A stretch of 64,000 nucleotides of DNA, from NCBI GenBank assembly GCA_035530295.1, contig DATKVB010000014.1, positions 161,077 through 225,076 of the forward strand, given 5' to 3'. Both the position numbers and the translations under genes were made by a program. Below the pieces are notes generated by a model, which had not been told where the DNA came from, ran no database searches, and saw nothing but the letters and a program-made list of their open reading frames with translations. Origin of the DNA: a bacterium (lineage in GTDB: Bacteria; Spirochaetota; Spirochaetia; Treponematales; UBA12059). Shown piece after piece: positions 10,366-20,406 of this stretch. Positions within the stretch are counted from its first letter, which is position 1. The number at the start of each line of letters is the position of its first letter.

Positions 10366-12519
10366 ATGTTTGGAAATTTCAGGATGAGCACGAAGATAGT
10401 CGTCATGCTCGTGCTTCCGGTTGCCGGGATGCTGTTTTTTTCTGCGAGCAGCACGATTGCTCTTGTTGAGACGGTCAACAAAAGCCGCACCACCCAGCGG
10501 CTTATCCTGCTGTCCCGTACCGCGGGCAATCTTGCCCACGAGCTGCAAAAGGAGCGAGGCTTCAGCGCTGGATTCATCGGCTCCAGGGGGGCGAACTACA
10601 TAACGGATCTGCCCAGACAGCGGCAGGATACCGATGCGCGTCTGTCCGAGTTCGGCGCTATGACGGGCACCATCACGGGGGCCGATGGTGCCGTCCAGCA
10701 GGTCATCACAGCGGCGAAAACCGCCCTTGGCACGCTGGGGACGACGCGCAGCCGCGTCAGCTCGCTCGAGCTCAAGGGTTCGGAGTCCTTCGCATTCTAT
10801 ACGACGACCATAGATGCATTGCTTTCGGTCGCGTCCAAGGGATACCTGAGCGGATCGATAGCGTCGCTGGTAGCCGAAGGCTCCGCGATCGATACCTTCC
10901 TTCGATACAAGGAGACTGCGGGGCAAGAACGGGCTACCGTCAACGAGGTCCTGACTAGCGGCCATTTTGCCGATGAGACGTACCGGCGCTTCATAGGCCT
11001 GATGGCCACTCAGGACGCCTATCTGGCGCTCTTTTCCATCTATGGGCAGGCAGACCTGGTGGCCTGGGCCAAGCAGCATCTGCAGAATCCCGCTGCAGCG
11101 AAGGTGGCCGAATACCGCGCGACCATCCTGGCAACAGGCTCAGACGCCGCGTTCCCGGTGGTTCCCAATGAATGGTTCACGACAATCACCAAGAAGATCG
11201 ACAGCATGAAGGAAGTGGAGGACTATCTTGCCGGGCACCTGTCCGCAAGTGTCTCCGCAGTGGCGGCGCGCGCCAAAACCTCGCTGTCAATAGATCTCGC
11301 TGTCGTGCTGGCGATGGTTGCCCTGGCCGGGTTTCTTGTAGCCATGATGTATCGGGCATTTGCAAAGCCGCTCCATCTGGTTCTGAAGGCCCTGATCAAT
11401 ATCGCATCGGGAGAGGGTGATCTGACCCAGCGGTTGCCGGTGCATTCGACCGATGAGATTGGCCAGCTCGCCGGCCTGTTCAATCAGACCATGGAGAAGA
11501 TAGGCGAGATGGTCAGGGCTATAGGAATGACAACCGAAGCGCTCCGGGTCAATGGCCAGACGCTATCATCGGAGATGGGAGAGACCGCGAGCGCGTTGAA
11601 CGAGATTCATGCGAATATCGATGGCATGCAGCTGAAGACGATTAATCAGTCTTCGAGCGTAACGGAGACCCAGGCAACGATAGAGGAGATCGTCAAGAAC
11701 ATCGAGCGGCTCAACGCGCTGATAGAGGAGCAATCGGGCAGTGTGGGCCAGTCGTCATCGGCGATAGAGGAAATGGTCGCCAACATCCGTTCCGTCACCG
11801 AGACGCTCTCCAGGAATGCCAGCAGCGTCGACGAGCTGGCTTTCTCGTCAGAGAAGGGTACGGCGAGCATGGATGAGGTTGCCACGCTGGTGGCGACCAT
11901 AGCCAGGGAGTCGGAAGGCTTGATCGAGGCGAGCACCATCATCCAGGGCATAGCCAATCAGACCAATCTGCTTGCGATGAACGCGGCGATAGAGGCCGCG
12001 CACGCGGGCGAATTTGGCAAGGGCTTCGCGGTGGTCTCCGACGAGATACGCAAGCTGTCCGAGGATTCGGCGGAACAGGCCAAGATGATAACCACCGTGA
12101 TGAACAACCTGAAGGGGCTGATTGACCAGGGGGCGACGGCTTCCCAGGTGGCCCAGGATCAATTCCAGACCGTTTTCAAATTGAGCCAGATGGTCAAGAA
12201 TCAGGAAGCAACGATCAAGAATGCGATGGATGAGCAGAGTATCGGCGGGTCCCAGGTGCTCGAATCGATACAGAACATCAGCGATATAACCGCGCAGGTC
12301 AAGGACGGCTCCGCGGAGATGCTCCAGGGCAGCTCGCAGATACGGACCGAGATGGGCAATCTCGCAGCGATAACCGAGGACATGCGTTCAAGCATGCAGG
12401 AGATGGCGATCGGCACCGACCTGATCAACACCGCCGCGAATCATATCAACGATCTGAGCACGCAGAATCGCGATCAGATACTGGTGCTCCATACAGAAGT
12501 GGACCGATTCACTGTCTGA
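10366..12519 (+). CDS. Methyl-accepting chemotaxis protein with NIT (nitrate/nitrite) sensor domain
   Basis: TM, then HELQKERG and KETAGQERA (NIT-like), TM, HAMP (DEIGQL), [26 protein letters not shown]. Confidence 0.9.
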   Translation: MFGNFRMSTKIVVMLVLPVAGMLFFSASSTIALVETVNKSRTTQRLILLSRTAGNLAHELQKERGFSAGFIGSRGANYITDLPRQRQDTDARLSEFGAMTGTITGADGAVQQVITAAKTALGTLGTTRSRVSSLELKGSESFAFYTTTIDALLSVASKGYLSGSIASLVAEGSAIDTFLRYKETAGQERATVNEVLTSGHFADETYRRFIGLMATQDAYLALFSIYGQADLVAWAKQHLQNPAAAKVAEYRATILATGSDAAFPVVPNEWFTTITKKIDSMKEVEDYLAGHLSASVSAVAARAKTSLSIDLAVVLAMVALAGFLVAMMYRAFAKPLHLVLKALINIASGEGDLTQRLPVHSTDEIGQLAGLFNQTMEKIGEMVRAIGMTTEALRVNGQTLSSEMGETASALNEIHANIDGMQLKTINQSSSVTETQATIEEIVKNIERLNALIEEQSGSVGQSSSAIEEMVANIRSVTETLSRNASSVDELAFSSEKGTASMDEVATLVATIARESEGLIEASTIIQGIANQTNLLAMNAAIEAAHAGEFGKGFAVVSDEIRKLSEDSAEQAKMITTVMNNLKGLIDQGATASQVAQDQFQTVFKLSQMVKNQEATIKNAMDEQSIGGSQVLESIQNISDITAQVKDGSAEMLQGSSQIRTEMGNLAAITEDMRSSMQEMAIGTDLINTAANHINDLSTQNRDQILVLHTEVDRFTV

Positions 12520-12579
12520 TCGCCGCACCCTGGCCGGCCGCAGGCAGCGATTATGCGGCAGCCGGGGGCGAACATCAAT

Positions 12580-13317
12580 CTAGCTTTGCCCTGATTCCGC
12601 GTCCAGCTGCTTGATAAGGTTTTCCGCGTTCCCGAATTTGGGACTCTTGGCCTTGACGCGGGTCAGGAATTCGACGGCCTTCCTGTTTTCCTTCTTGGCG
12701 ATATGGCAAATCGCTATGCCATACAGGATCGCAAGTTCATCCTCGTTGGCCGGATTGCGTTGCGGGTCGAACGGAGAAAAAACCCTGATCGCCTTCGCGT
12801 AATCACCGAGCTCGTAGAGCACGGAGCCGAGCAATCGCGCTGCCTTGATGGTCAGATCGGCGTATGGCACATCGATCATCACATCCCTGGCCTTGTTCAG
12901 GTCATGCACCGAATAGTAGAAGCTTGACGCTACGAAGCGCAGGAACGGCGAGTCGAATTCCTTGAACCTCTGCTCTAGCAATTCCGCCGTCTTGCCATAA
13001 TGCTGTGGATTCTTCTTTACCGTGGCGTTGATCTGTACCAGGATATCCTCATTGGGCAGGATTCTGGCCGCGGTCACGATCGCATCGGCCGCGACATCGA
13101 GCCGTCCCTTGTCTATCAGTTTCTTGGCTCGAATGAAGTACTTCGTGGAACGGTATTCATCCGATAACACATTCAGCACATTGAGCAAGGCGGAGGCCGC
13201 GAACGTTATGACGGCAAAGACCCATTTGGTCTGATAGAAGAGCGCGAAGAACGCGAATATATACCCGATGATGTAGAACGAAATAAGAATCCTGGGGAAT
13301 CGCTTGAGTCTGAACAT
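12580..13317 (-). CDS. Membrane-anchored TPR-repeat protein
   Basis: Two N-terminal TM helices; TPR-like helices (LGSVLYELGDYAKAI, YGIAICH...KAVEFL). Confidence 0.7.
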   Translation of the reverse strand: MFRLKRFPRILISFYIIGYIFAFFALFYQTKWVFAVITFAASALLNVLNVLSDEYRSTKYFIRAKKLIDKGRLDVAADAIVTAARILPNEDILVQINATVKKNPQHYGKTAELLEQRFKEFDSPFLRFVASSFYYSVHDLNKARDVMIDVPYADLTIKAARLLGSVLYELGDYAKAIRVFSPFDPQRNPANEDELAILYGIAICHIAKKENRKAVEFLTRVKAKSPKFGNAENLIKQLDAESGQS

Positions 13318-13342
13318 CCGATGCTCCGCTTTGTAAAAGAAT

Positions 13343-13379
13343 GGGGTGTCCCGGAAATATAGCATTTTCGGGACACCCC
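13343..13379 (-). terminator. Rho-independent terminator after the NCS2 permease
   Basis: GGGGTGTCCCGGAAAT/ATTTTCGGGACACCCC stem followed by TTCTTTT on the minus strand. Confidence 0.75.
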
Positions 13380-13399
13380 TGATCTACTGGAAGAAAAAA

Positions 13400-14806
13400 T
13401 TACCGAGCGCCGATTCCCCGCTCCTTGGCGGTGCCTGGAATAACGTTGTCAAGAATGCCAGCGGTGATACCACCAACGGCCATACCATTCTTGAGGATGC
13501 CGTTGACGATGCCAGCCAGCCACTCGGCATTGGCGAAATGCACGGTGTGTGCCGCCATCCAGCCAGGGAAACCGAGGCCGAGGGTAAACGCCACGCCCAG
13601 GATCAGCAGGTTGCGGGTCGAGGAGACGTCGCAACGGGTGAATACCTGGAGACCGAGAGCGCCGATGAGCCCGAACAGCGATAGATACGCGGCGCCGATG
13701 ATCGGTGACGGAATCGTGCTGATGATCGTGCCGAACTTCCACAGGAAGCCCAGGATGATCAGGATGACGGCGCCGGCCCTGATGACGCGGCGGGAGGCGA
13801 TACCGGTAAGCGCGACGATGCCGATGTTTTCGGTGTAGCTGGTCGTTCCAACGCCGCCCATGATACCGGAAATCATGCAACCAAGGCCTTCCGCGCCGAT
13901 ACCCTTGGATATCATCTTGGCGGAGGGATCAGGCAAGCCCGACGCATAGCTCATACTGTGATAGTCGCCTATCGACTCTATCATCGAAGAGGTGTACGCC
14001 GCGAGGATGGCCGTGAAGGCCAGTACGTTGAAGTGCAGGGTCTGGCCGATCGTTCCATAGCGGAAGATGGTCGGGAACACGATCCACTTGGCATCGCCTA
14101 TCGCCTTCATGTTGACGAACATAGGATGTCCGGAGGGGAACCATCCAACGACCGTGCCCAGCAGGGCAAAGAGATACAGCACAACCATCGTGAGGAACAC
14201 GGGGAAGGCGTTGATTCTCTTGTTCTTGATGATAAGCGAGAATGTCAGCACCATCGCCACGCCGACCAGCGAGACCGGCCAGAAGGATGCTGCCGTATTC
14301 ACGGCCGTTCCGGCAAGGCCGAAACCGATCAACATGATGGTCGGCCCGATGACAACGGGCGTAATCACCTTTTTGAGTAGCCCCGCAAGTCCTGAGTAGC
14401 CTATGATCAACTCATAGATACCGCCATAGACAAGAGCACCACCAAGTGCCTGCATCATCTCATTGACGCCGCCGCCGCCGCTCTTGACGCTCTCGAAAAT
14501 AATCATTGCCGCGGGAATGAACGAAAATGAGGAACCCTGTACGATCGGGAGACCGGAGCCGATTTTCGAATATGCCTGGATCAGTGTCCCAATACCGGTA
14601 ACCATGTACACGGTGGCTATGAACACGCCCATCTGCTGGACATTCATGCCCATCGCTTGTCCATACAGAATTGGAACCAGTGTCGTCGCACCAAACAGCG
14701 TCAGGATGTGCTGAAGGCCTGCAACAATAGAAAAACCCCATGGCGGACGACTGTCCACTGGCCATGGCACGACACGTGTCGTCGAGACACCCTGTTCTTC
14801 CGACAT
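13400..14806 (-). CDS. NCS2 family nucleobase:cation symporter (uracil/xanthine permease)
   Basis: GLQH, LPIVQGSSFSFI, ESIGD, TTSYTENIG...TG.ASR signature; AAGGAGG RBS. Confidence 0.92.
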   Translation of the reverse strand: MSEEQGVSTTRVVPWPVDSRPPWGFSIVAGLQHILTLFGATTLVPILYGQAMGMNVQQMGVFIATVYMVTGIGTLIQAYSKIGSGLPIVQGSSFSFIPAAMIIFESVKSGGGGVNEMMQALGGALVYGGIYELIIGYSGLAGLLKKVITPVVIGPTIMLIGFGLAGTAVNTAASFWPVSLVGVAMVLTFSLIIKNKRINAFPVFLTMVVLYLFALLGTVVGWFPSGHPMFVNMKAIGDAKWIVFPTIFRYGTIGQTLHFNVLAFTAILAAYTSSMIESIGDYHSMSYASGLPDPSAKMISKGIGAEGLGCMISGIMGGVGTTSYTENIGIVALTGIASRRVIRAGAVILIILGFLWKFGTIISTIPSPIIGAAYLSLFGLIGALGLQVFTRCDVSSTRNLLILGVAFTLGLGFPGWMAAHTVHFANAEWLAGIVNGILKNGMAVGGITAGILDNVIPGTAKERGIGAR

Positions 14807-14958
14807 TAAAGCCTCCTTGATCCGCGTCTCTGATCGCAACGATACGATGCGATCACCTCCATACATTTTTGGTAATCGTGTCAATCATGGAGTCGGATGC
14901 TCGGAATTGTCAAGTTTTTTGCGTCGCGGAGCCTGAGTGCGGTAGCCCGGGTTCAGGA

Positions 14959-16176
14959 TCAGGTTTTTCCGATATTGGCAGGCGTTCCAATGCGCCTGTC
15001 AACGGCTATGATAGCCAGTATGATGGCAATGCCTACCGGTATATAGACCATCGCAAGACGTATGTCGGTCGCATCGGCCAGCCGTCCCAGAAGAAACGGG
15101 GCCAGCCCTATAGCCGAACCGGAAGCGACCGGTATGAGCGAACTCGCCTTGGCCGCGTTACCCGGCGCATGGTTTAGCGCGAGCGAAAACCCAAGTGGAT
15201 AGAAATTGGATGAACCTATCCCGCAGAGCGCCAGTCCCAGCAGGGTCAGCGGCGCCGAAGGCCGGAGCCAGTACAGAGGAAATCCAAGCAGCACGAGAGC
15301 CATCATACCGAGCATCAGTCGATGTCCGGACAGCCTGTGGCCGATTCTGCTGGAGGCGAATCGACCGGCAACCGCCGATAGACCAAGCAACACAGTGCCA
15401 CCGGCCGCCAGTGTCCGCGAGTTGCCTGGCAGAGCGAGCAGGTAGGTCATGCACCAGAAACTTATAGCCCACTCAACCGAGACGCCAAAAAACACAACCA
15501 GCCACATGCGCCAGTACGCGGCTCCAAGGGTGCCCGCGCCGGCATCGGCCTTCTCGTCACGGCCCTGCTGGTGTCGTGCCGTTGCCGGTATGCCAAAGCT
15601 GGCAACGATGACCAGTGAAGCGAGCATGGCCGGAAACACTATTCGCCAGCCCAGGAACCAGCGGACGCCTGCGAGCAGCACCAGCGGCACCAGCATAGTC
15701 AAGGCACTGGCCGTGACATTGGCCTCCATGATGGCCTTGCCGCGATGCACCGAAGGACCGTTGGCCAGAGCCGTCTGGATGGAGGCCAGGGCCACGGTGC
15801 CTCCCAGGCTCATCACAAAGACGCCGCCGAGCGTCATGGCCGGCCCTCGGGCAAGCACCATGATCAACAGGCCCACCACCATGTCGAACATCCCACCCCA
15901 GAGGCTCCTTGTGATGCCGAAGCGCTTGATCACCGGGCTGCCGAGCAGGCCCATCGTCACCATGCCCAGCGCAAAGGCACTCTGATGCAGACCGGCCAGA
16001 CTATAGCTCATCGCGAACTCGTCCCGCAGGTATGGCACCATGGGACCTATCATCGAAAGCATGAAGGAGAACAGTCCCAGCAGGATGTACAGGGTCCAGA
16101 TGAAGGGCGTACGGACGAATTTATCTGGATCGGAGGTCTCAGAAGTGGCGGGTCTGGTATCGACGCTCGGTTTCAT
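14959..16176 (-). CDS. MFS transporter
   Basis: About 12 hydrophobic helices; GVSVEW, GRF, GRLADA. Confidence 0.85.
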   Translation of the reverse strand: MKPSVDTRPATSETSDPDKFVRTPFIWTLYILLGLFSFMLSMIGPMVPYLRDEFAMSYSLAGLHQSAFALGMVTMGLLGSPVIKRFGITRSLWGGMFDMVVGLLIMVLARGPAMTLGGVFVMSLGGTVALASIQTALANGPSVHRGKAIMEANVTASALTMLVPLVLLAGVRWFLGWRIVFPAMLASLVIVASFGIPATARHQQGRDEKADAGAGTLGAAYWRMWLVVFFGVSVEWAISFWCMTYLLALPGNSRTLAAGGTVLLGLSAVAGRFASSRIGHRLSGHRLMLGMMALVLLGFPLYWLRPSAPLTLLGLALCGIGSSNFYPLGFSLALNHAPGNAAKASSLIPVASGSAIGLAPFLLGRLADATDIRLAMVYIPVGIAIILAIIAVDRRIGTPANIGKT

Positions 16177-16263
16177 GCCAATGGTATACCGAAAACAAGC
16201 CGATGTGTCAGCCGTGTCGCGTATCACTTGCCTCTGGTGCGGTTTGCGTTATACTTGATATCG

Positions 16264-16749
16264 ATGCGTATCGTTGTCGACTATGCAGGCATATCCCCGC
16301 TGGGGCGGGCACGCCCAGGCGTCTCATCGCTCCATGGCACGGAAGAGGTGCTGGTCGTTCATGTTGGCCGCTCGGACGCACCGGCTGAACAGGCACGCCC
16401 TTCGGAGGGGCGCTGGAGGACGAGCGACGAGGCGCAGAACCGCGACCGCGAGGTTCGCGGCCACGAGAATGCCCACCTGTCAACACTGGGCCCGTACGCC
16501 GCCTCGGGCATAGTCTATAACACCGTGACCGGGGCTGACGGCGAGAGCATAGCCATCGGCGGCCACATCGACGTCGATCTGTCCGAGGTTCCAGGAGACC
16601 CCGAGGCTACCATGCGCAAGGCGCGCACCATTATCAACGCGGCCGAGGCTCCTGGCGATCCGTCGGCTGCCGATATGCAGGTGGCCGCGCGCGCGTACAG
16701 GCTGATACAGCAAGCCCAGTCCGAGCTGCTTGTCGACGAGTCAGCGTAG
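16264..16749 (+). CDS. SprA-related (HExxH) family protein
   Basis: RDREVRGHENAH, GADG..IAIGGHIDVD, DPEATMRKA, AAEAPGDPSAADMQVA. Confidence 0.75.
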   Translation: MRIVVDYAGISPLGRARPGVSSLHGTEEVLVVHVGRSDAPAEQARPSEGRWRTSDEAQNRDREVRGHENAHLSTLGPYAASGIVYNTVTGADGESIAIGGHIDVDLSEVPGDPEATMRKARTIINAAEAPGDPSAADMQVAARAYRLIQQAQSELLVDESA

Positions 16750-16773
16750 CCCGGCGCAGACTTCGATCACGGC

Positions 16774-17703
16774 TCAGTCCTCTTTCTTCCATACAGCCAT
16801 GTACTCCATGGCGCTCAGCGCGGCGATGGTGCCATCGCTTACCGCGGTCGTAATCTGCCGATAGCGCTTCTTGCGCGCGTCGCCTGCCGCGAACACGCCG
16901 GGCACACTCGAAGCCATCCCATCATCAACGACTATTTCTCCGGCTGGCGTCAGAGCTACACAGTCCGCAAACGGTTTTGTCTTGGGCATGTAACCTATGA
17001 AGATGAAGGCTCCCGTCGCGGGAATGGTCGAGACTGTTCCATCCTTACCACTCTTGATCCTGACCGCCGAGAGCGATTCGTCGCCAATGAACTCCTCGAC
17101 CTTCGACTCCATCACACTATGAATCTTGGGGTTGCTCCTGGCTTCATCGATGGCATGGGCATACGCTTGAAAATGATCGAACTGGTGGATTATGGTCACC
17201 TTGCTGGCGTATGTGGTCAATGACACGGCTTCTTCCAACGCCGAGTTACCACCTCCCACAACGACTATTTCCTGGTCTGTAAAGAAATCACCGTCACAGG
17301 TGGCGCAATACGAAATGCCCTTGCCCCGGAGGCGGGCTTCGCTCTCGAGCCCAAGGGTGCGAGGATCACCGCCGACCGCGACGATCGCCACTTTGGCCTG
17401 GTAGTCTTCTCCCTTGGTGGTCAGGTGTTTGACATTGCCCTTGAAGTTGAACCCCGTTACCGGCGCATTGGACAGGATCGTGCAGCCAAATTGTTCGGCC
17501 TGCTTGCGCATGGTCGACACCAGCTGGTAGCCCGACGTCTCCGGGAGCCCCGGATAATTGGCCACCGCATGTGTCAGTATGACCTGCCCGCCTACGATTG
17601 ACTGGTCGACTATGAGCACCCGCTGCCTGGCCCTTGCAAGGTATATGCCGGCTGTAAGACCGGCGGGCCCGGCGCCCACGATGATGGCATCAAACTCCTG
17701 CAT
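16774..17703 (-). CDS. trxB: Thioredoxin-disulfide reductase
   Basis: GAGPAGLTA, GISYCATCDG, GGGNSALEEA, FAAGD, RQITTAVSDG. Confidence 0.93.
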   Translation of the reverse strand: MQEFDAIIVGAGPAGLTAGIYLARARQRVLIVDQSIVGGQVILTHAVANYPGLPETSGYQLVSTMRKQAEQFGCTILSNAPVTGFNFKGNVKHLTTKGEDYQAKVAIVAVGGDPRTLGLESEARLRGKGISYCATCDGDFFTDQEIVVVGGGNSALEEAVSLTTYASKVTIIHQFDHFQAYAHAIDEARSNPKIHSVMESKVEEFIGDESLSAVRIKSGKDGTVSTIPATGAFIFIGYMPKTKPFADCVALTPAGEIVVDDGMASSVPGVFAAGDARKKRYRQITTAVSDGTIAALSAMEYMAVWKKED

Positions 17704-17712
17704 GCCCGCTCC

Positions 17713-18066
17713 TCACTTCTTGAAGGCGCTGCCCAGGATCGTCTCGACCTGATCCTTGGACTGGATGCTCGAGGTGGCTTTGGCTACCTGGCCGTTCTTG
17801 AAGTAGACGGTGAATGGAATGCCGCGGAATGTCGAGCACTGCGGTAGCGCGCGGATGTAGTTCGATTCGGGGCTGTCGAACAGCATGTCCCTGAACTCTA
17901 CGTGCTTGTATGCTCCCTCTTTCTCGAGCTCTTCCATGACCCCGTAGACTGGTATGCACATCGGACCCATGCGCCCGCAGCAGACCATGACATTTTCCTT
18001 GCTCGCTATCAGCTCCTGCAATTCCTTCTCGGTTGTCAGGTGTTTCAGATTGGTATCCAGCGTCAT
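17713..18066 (-). CDS. Atypical thioredoxin-fold protein
   Basis: CCGRMGPMC at the active-site position; GIPFTVYFKNG cis-Pro strand; 9 bp upstream of trxB. Confidence 0.75.
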   Translation of the reverse strand: MTLDTNLKHLTTEKELQELIASKENVMVCCGRMGPMCIPVYGVMEELEKEGAYKHVEFRDMLFDSPESNYIRALPQCSTFRGIPFTVYFKNGQVAKATSSIQSKDQVETILGSAFKK

Positions 18067-18096
18067 AGAGTACTCCTTATGAAAAATCTTGAATAT

Positions 18097-18125
18097 AGTA
18101 TAAACCTAATATATGACGGCGTCAA
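18097..18125 (-). promoter_or_regulatory. Sigma70-type promoter for the trx-trxB operon
   Basis: TTGACG-N17-TATACT on the minus strand. Confidence 0.7.
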
Positions 18126-18183
18126 ATAAATCTTCTGAACTGCTGAGACCGTCCCGGGGTGGTGATGCGCTCACGCGTTTGCT

Positions 18184-18212
18184 TTGCATATTCAAGTCGG
18201 TCGGATTATACT
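18184..18212 (+). promoter_or_regulatory. Sigma70-type promoter for the hydrogenase-like MCP
   Basis: TTGCAT-N17-TATACT. Confidence 0.6.
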
Positions 18213-18256
18213 GCTTGCCAGTCCGTACCCATTATTCTCCAAAGAAGAGGCCTTCC

Positions 18257-20380
18257 ATGACCGTCATGACAAACTCGCTCTCCATGGTTCCCGTGATCGC
18301 TGTTGATGAAGACAAGTGTGTCAATTGCCACATGTGCATAGCAGTGTGTCCGGTAAAGTACTGCATCGATGGATCTGGAGAGAAAGTATCGATCAATGCC
18401 GATCTGTGCATCGGCTGCGGCAGTTGCGTCAAGGCCTGCACACAGAAGGCGCGCTACATATTGGATGATGCCGAGCAGTTCTTCCTGGCGGTTGGCCGCG
18501 GCGAGAAAATCGTAGCGATAGTCGCCCCCGCGGTTGTATCGAGTTTTCCCGGGCAGTACCGTCGAATGCTGGGATGGCTCAAGAGGCTCGGCGTGGCCGC
18601 CAGTTTTGATGTCAGCTTTGGCGCGGAACTGACGGTAAAGTCCTATGTAGACCATATCAAGACAAATAAACCCCTGCTCGTCATAGCGCAGCCGTGCCCC
18701 GCCATAGTCAGCTACATCGAGGTCTACCGACCGGAATTGCTGCCGCACCTCGCACCCTCCGACAGCCCGATGCTCCATACCATAAAGATGATACAGGAAT
18801 ACTATCCCGACTACGCAGGATACAAGGTTCTGGTAGTCTCTCCGTGCGCGGCCAAGAAGCGCGAGTTCCAGGAGACCGGGATCGGTGATTACAACGTTAC
18901 GGTGCGGTCGTTCAAGGACGCTTTGGAGAGACGGCACATCGATCTGGACAGGCAGCCTGAGGCCGATTTTGACAATCCGCCGGCTGAACGGGCCGTCCTG
19001 TTCTCGACCCCTGGCGGGCTCCTGCGTACGGCGGAGCGCGATGTACCAGGCATACGTGAGAACGCAAGGAAGATAGAGGGACCGGAGATAGTCTACCAGT
19101 ATCTGGATTCGCTTCCGGAGTCGGTCAGGCAGGGCATCAATCCGTTGCTGGTCGACTGCCTCAATTGTGATTACGGATGCAACGCCGGCCCTGGTACGCT
19201 CAACCAGGACAAGTCGCCGGACATGATCGAACATGACATCGAACAGAGGTCACTGGAGGCGAGACGGCTCTATGGCGGCCCTTCCAGCTCAGACAAGGCC
19301 GCCGCGAAGAAGATGCATCATGTGCTTTCGCAGTACTGGAAGCCTGGCCTCTACGGCCGAACCTATGTTGACCGCTCCGCCAATTACCAGCTCAGGATAC
19401 CTTCCGAGAGCCAGTTTGCCGTGCTGTATACCGAGATGCTCAAAGGGAGCCTGGCCGACCACCTCAATTGCGCGGCCTGCGGGTACAAGTCGTGCCGGGG
19501 AATGGGCATAGCGATTTTCAACGGGCTGAACAAGAAAGAAAACTACCACCTCTACCGTCAGAAGGTATTGATACTGGAGCAGCAGGTAGTGGACGATTCG
19601 ACCACACAGCTGCATGACGAGATACTGCAGACCAAGGACATGGTCGGAGCGATAACCACCGCTCTCGGGAACCTGGCGGACAAGACCGCGACTCAATTCT
19701 CCGCTATTGAACAATCAGCCGCAGCCGTCGAACAGATGATCGCCGGCCTGGTCAACGCTTCGACCATAGCCTCGGGCAAGCGCCAGCAGATCGCCAATCT
19801 GGCAGATTCAGCGCAGAGCGGCGAGCGGGACATGTCGGCTACCATGAAGTCGATACAGGAGGCCGCGAAGGATGTAGCAGGAGTGGGCGAGATGGTCGAC
19901 ATCATACGGGATGTATCCGATCGGACCAACCTCCTGGCCATGAACGCCGCGATCCAGGCCGCCCATGCAGGCATCGCCGGAAAAGGATTTGCAGTTGTCG
20001 CTGCGGAAGTGCGCAAGCTGGCAGAGACCACCGGCAGCCACGCGGAAGACATATCAGCATCGATAGGTTCCATCATCGAAGGCATCAAGGCCTCCGATGC
20101 ATTGACCGAACGCACCGGCATCGGCATACAGAAGATTTCGCGCGATGTTGGCACCATAGCCGATGAGATGTCCGCCCTTATCGATTCATTGGCGGAGATG
20201 TCGGCGGGTGGCAAGGAAGTCACCCAAGGCATCGAGCAGCTCAGGAACGTTTCCATCGAGGTCCGGTCGGTGTACTCCAACATAGCCTCCGAGATATCCG
20301 AGATACTGGAGCGCATCGGGTCGATCGCCGCCATTTCAAGCAAGACCCAGGGGACAATCGCGTCGATGAACCGTGCATAG
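18257..20380 (+). CDS. Soluble chemoreceptor: 2x[4Fe-4S] + [FeFe]-hydrogenase H-domain + FeS + MCP signalling domain (sensory group C-like)
   Basis: CVNCHMCIAVCP and CIGCGSCVKAC; AQPCPA, SPCAAKKRE, DCLNCDYGCNAG; NCAACGYKSC; [17 protein letters not shown]; no TM segment. Confidence 0.88.
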   Translation: MTVMTNSLSMVPVIAVDEDKCVNCHMCIAVCPVKYCIDGSGEKVSINADLCIGCGSCVKACTQKARYILDDAEQFFLAVGRGEKIVAIVAPAVVSSFPGQYRRMLGWLKRLGVAASFDVSFGAELTVKSYVDHIKTNKPLLVIAQPCPAIVSYIEVYRPELLPHLAPSDSPMLHTIKMIQEYYPDYAGYKVLVVSPCAAKKREFQETGIGDYNVTVRSFKDALERRHIDLDRQPEADFDNPPAERAVLFSTPGGLLRTAERDVPGIRENARKIEGPEIVYQYLDSLPESVRQGINPLLVDCLNCDYGCNAGPGTLNQDKSPDMIEHDIEQRSLEARRLYGGPSSSDKAAAKKMHHVLSQYWKPGLYGRTYVDRSANYQLRIPSESQFAVLYTEMLKGSLADHLNCAACGYKSCRGMGIAIFNGLNKKENYHLYRQKVLILEQQVVDDSTTQLHDEILQTKDMVGAITTALGNLADKTATQFSAIEQSAAAVEQMIAGLVNASTIASGKRQQIANLADSAQSGERDMSATMKSIQEAAKDVAGVGEMVDIIRDVSDRTNLLAMNAAIQAAHAGIAGKGFAVVAAEVRKLAETTGSHAEDISASIGSIIEGIKASDALTERTGIGIQKISRDVGTIADEMSALIDSLAEMSAGGKEVTQGIEQLRNVSIEVRSVYSNIASEISEILERIGSIAAISSKTQGTIASMNRA

Positions 20381-20406
20381 CCAGTGATAGCTGAATCGAG
20401 GGCGCC

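Noticed and set aside
14807-14958. Purine riboswitch upstream of the NCS2 permease
   Set aside because: Consensus aptamer core not found; only promoter-like hexamers and one small hairpin.
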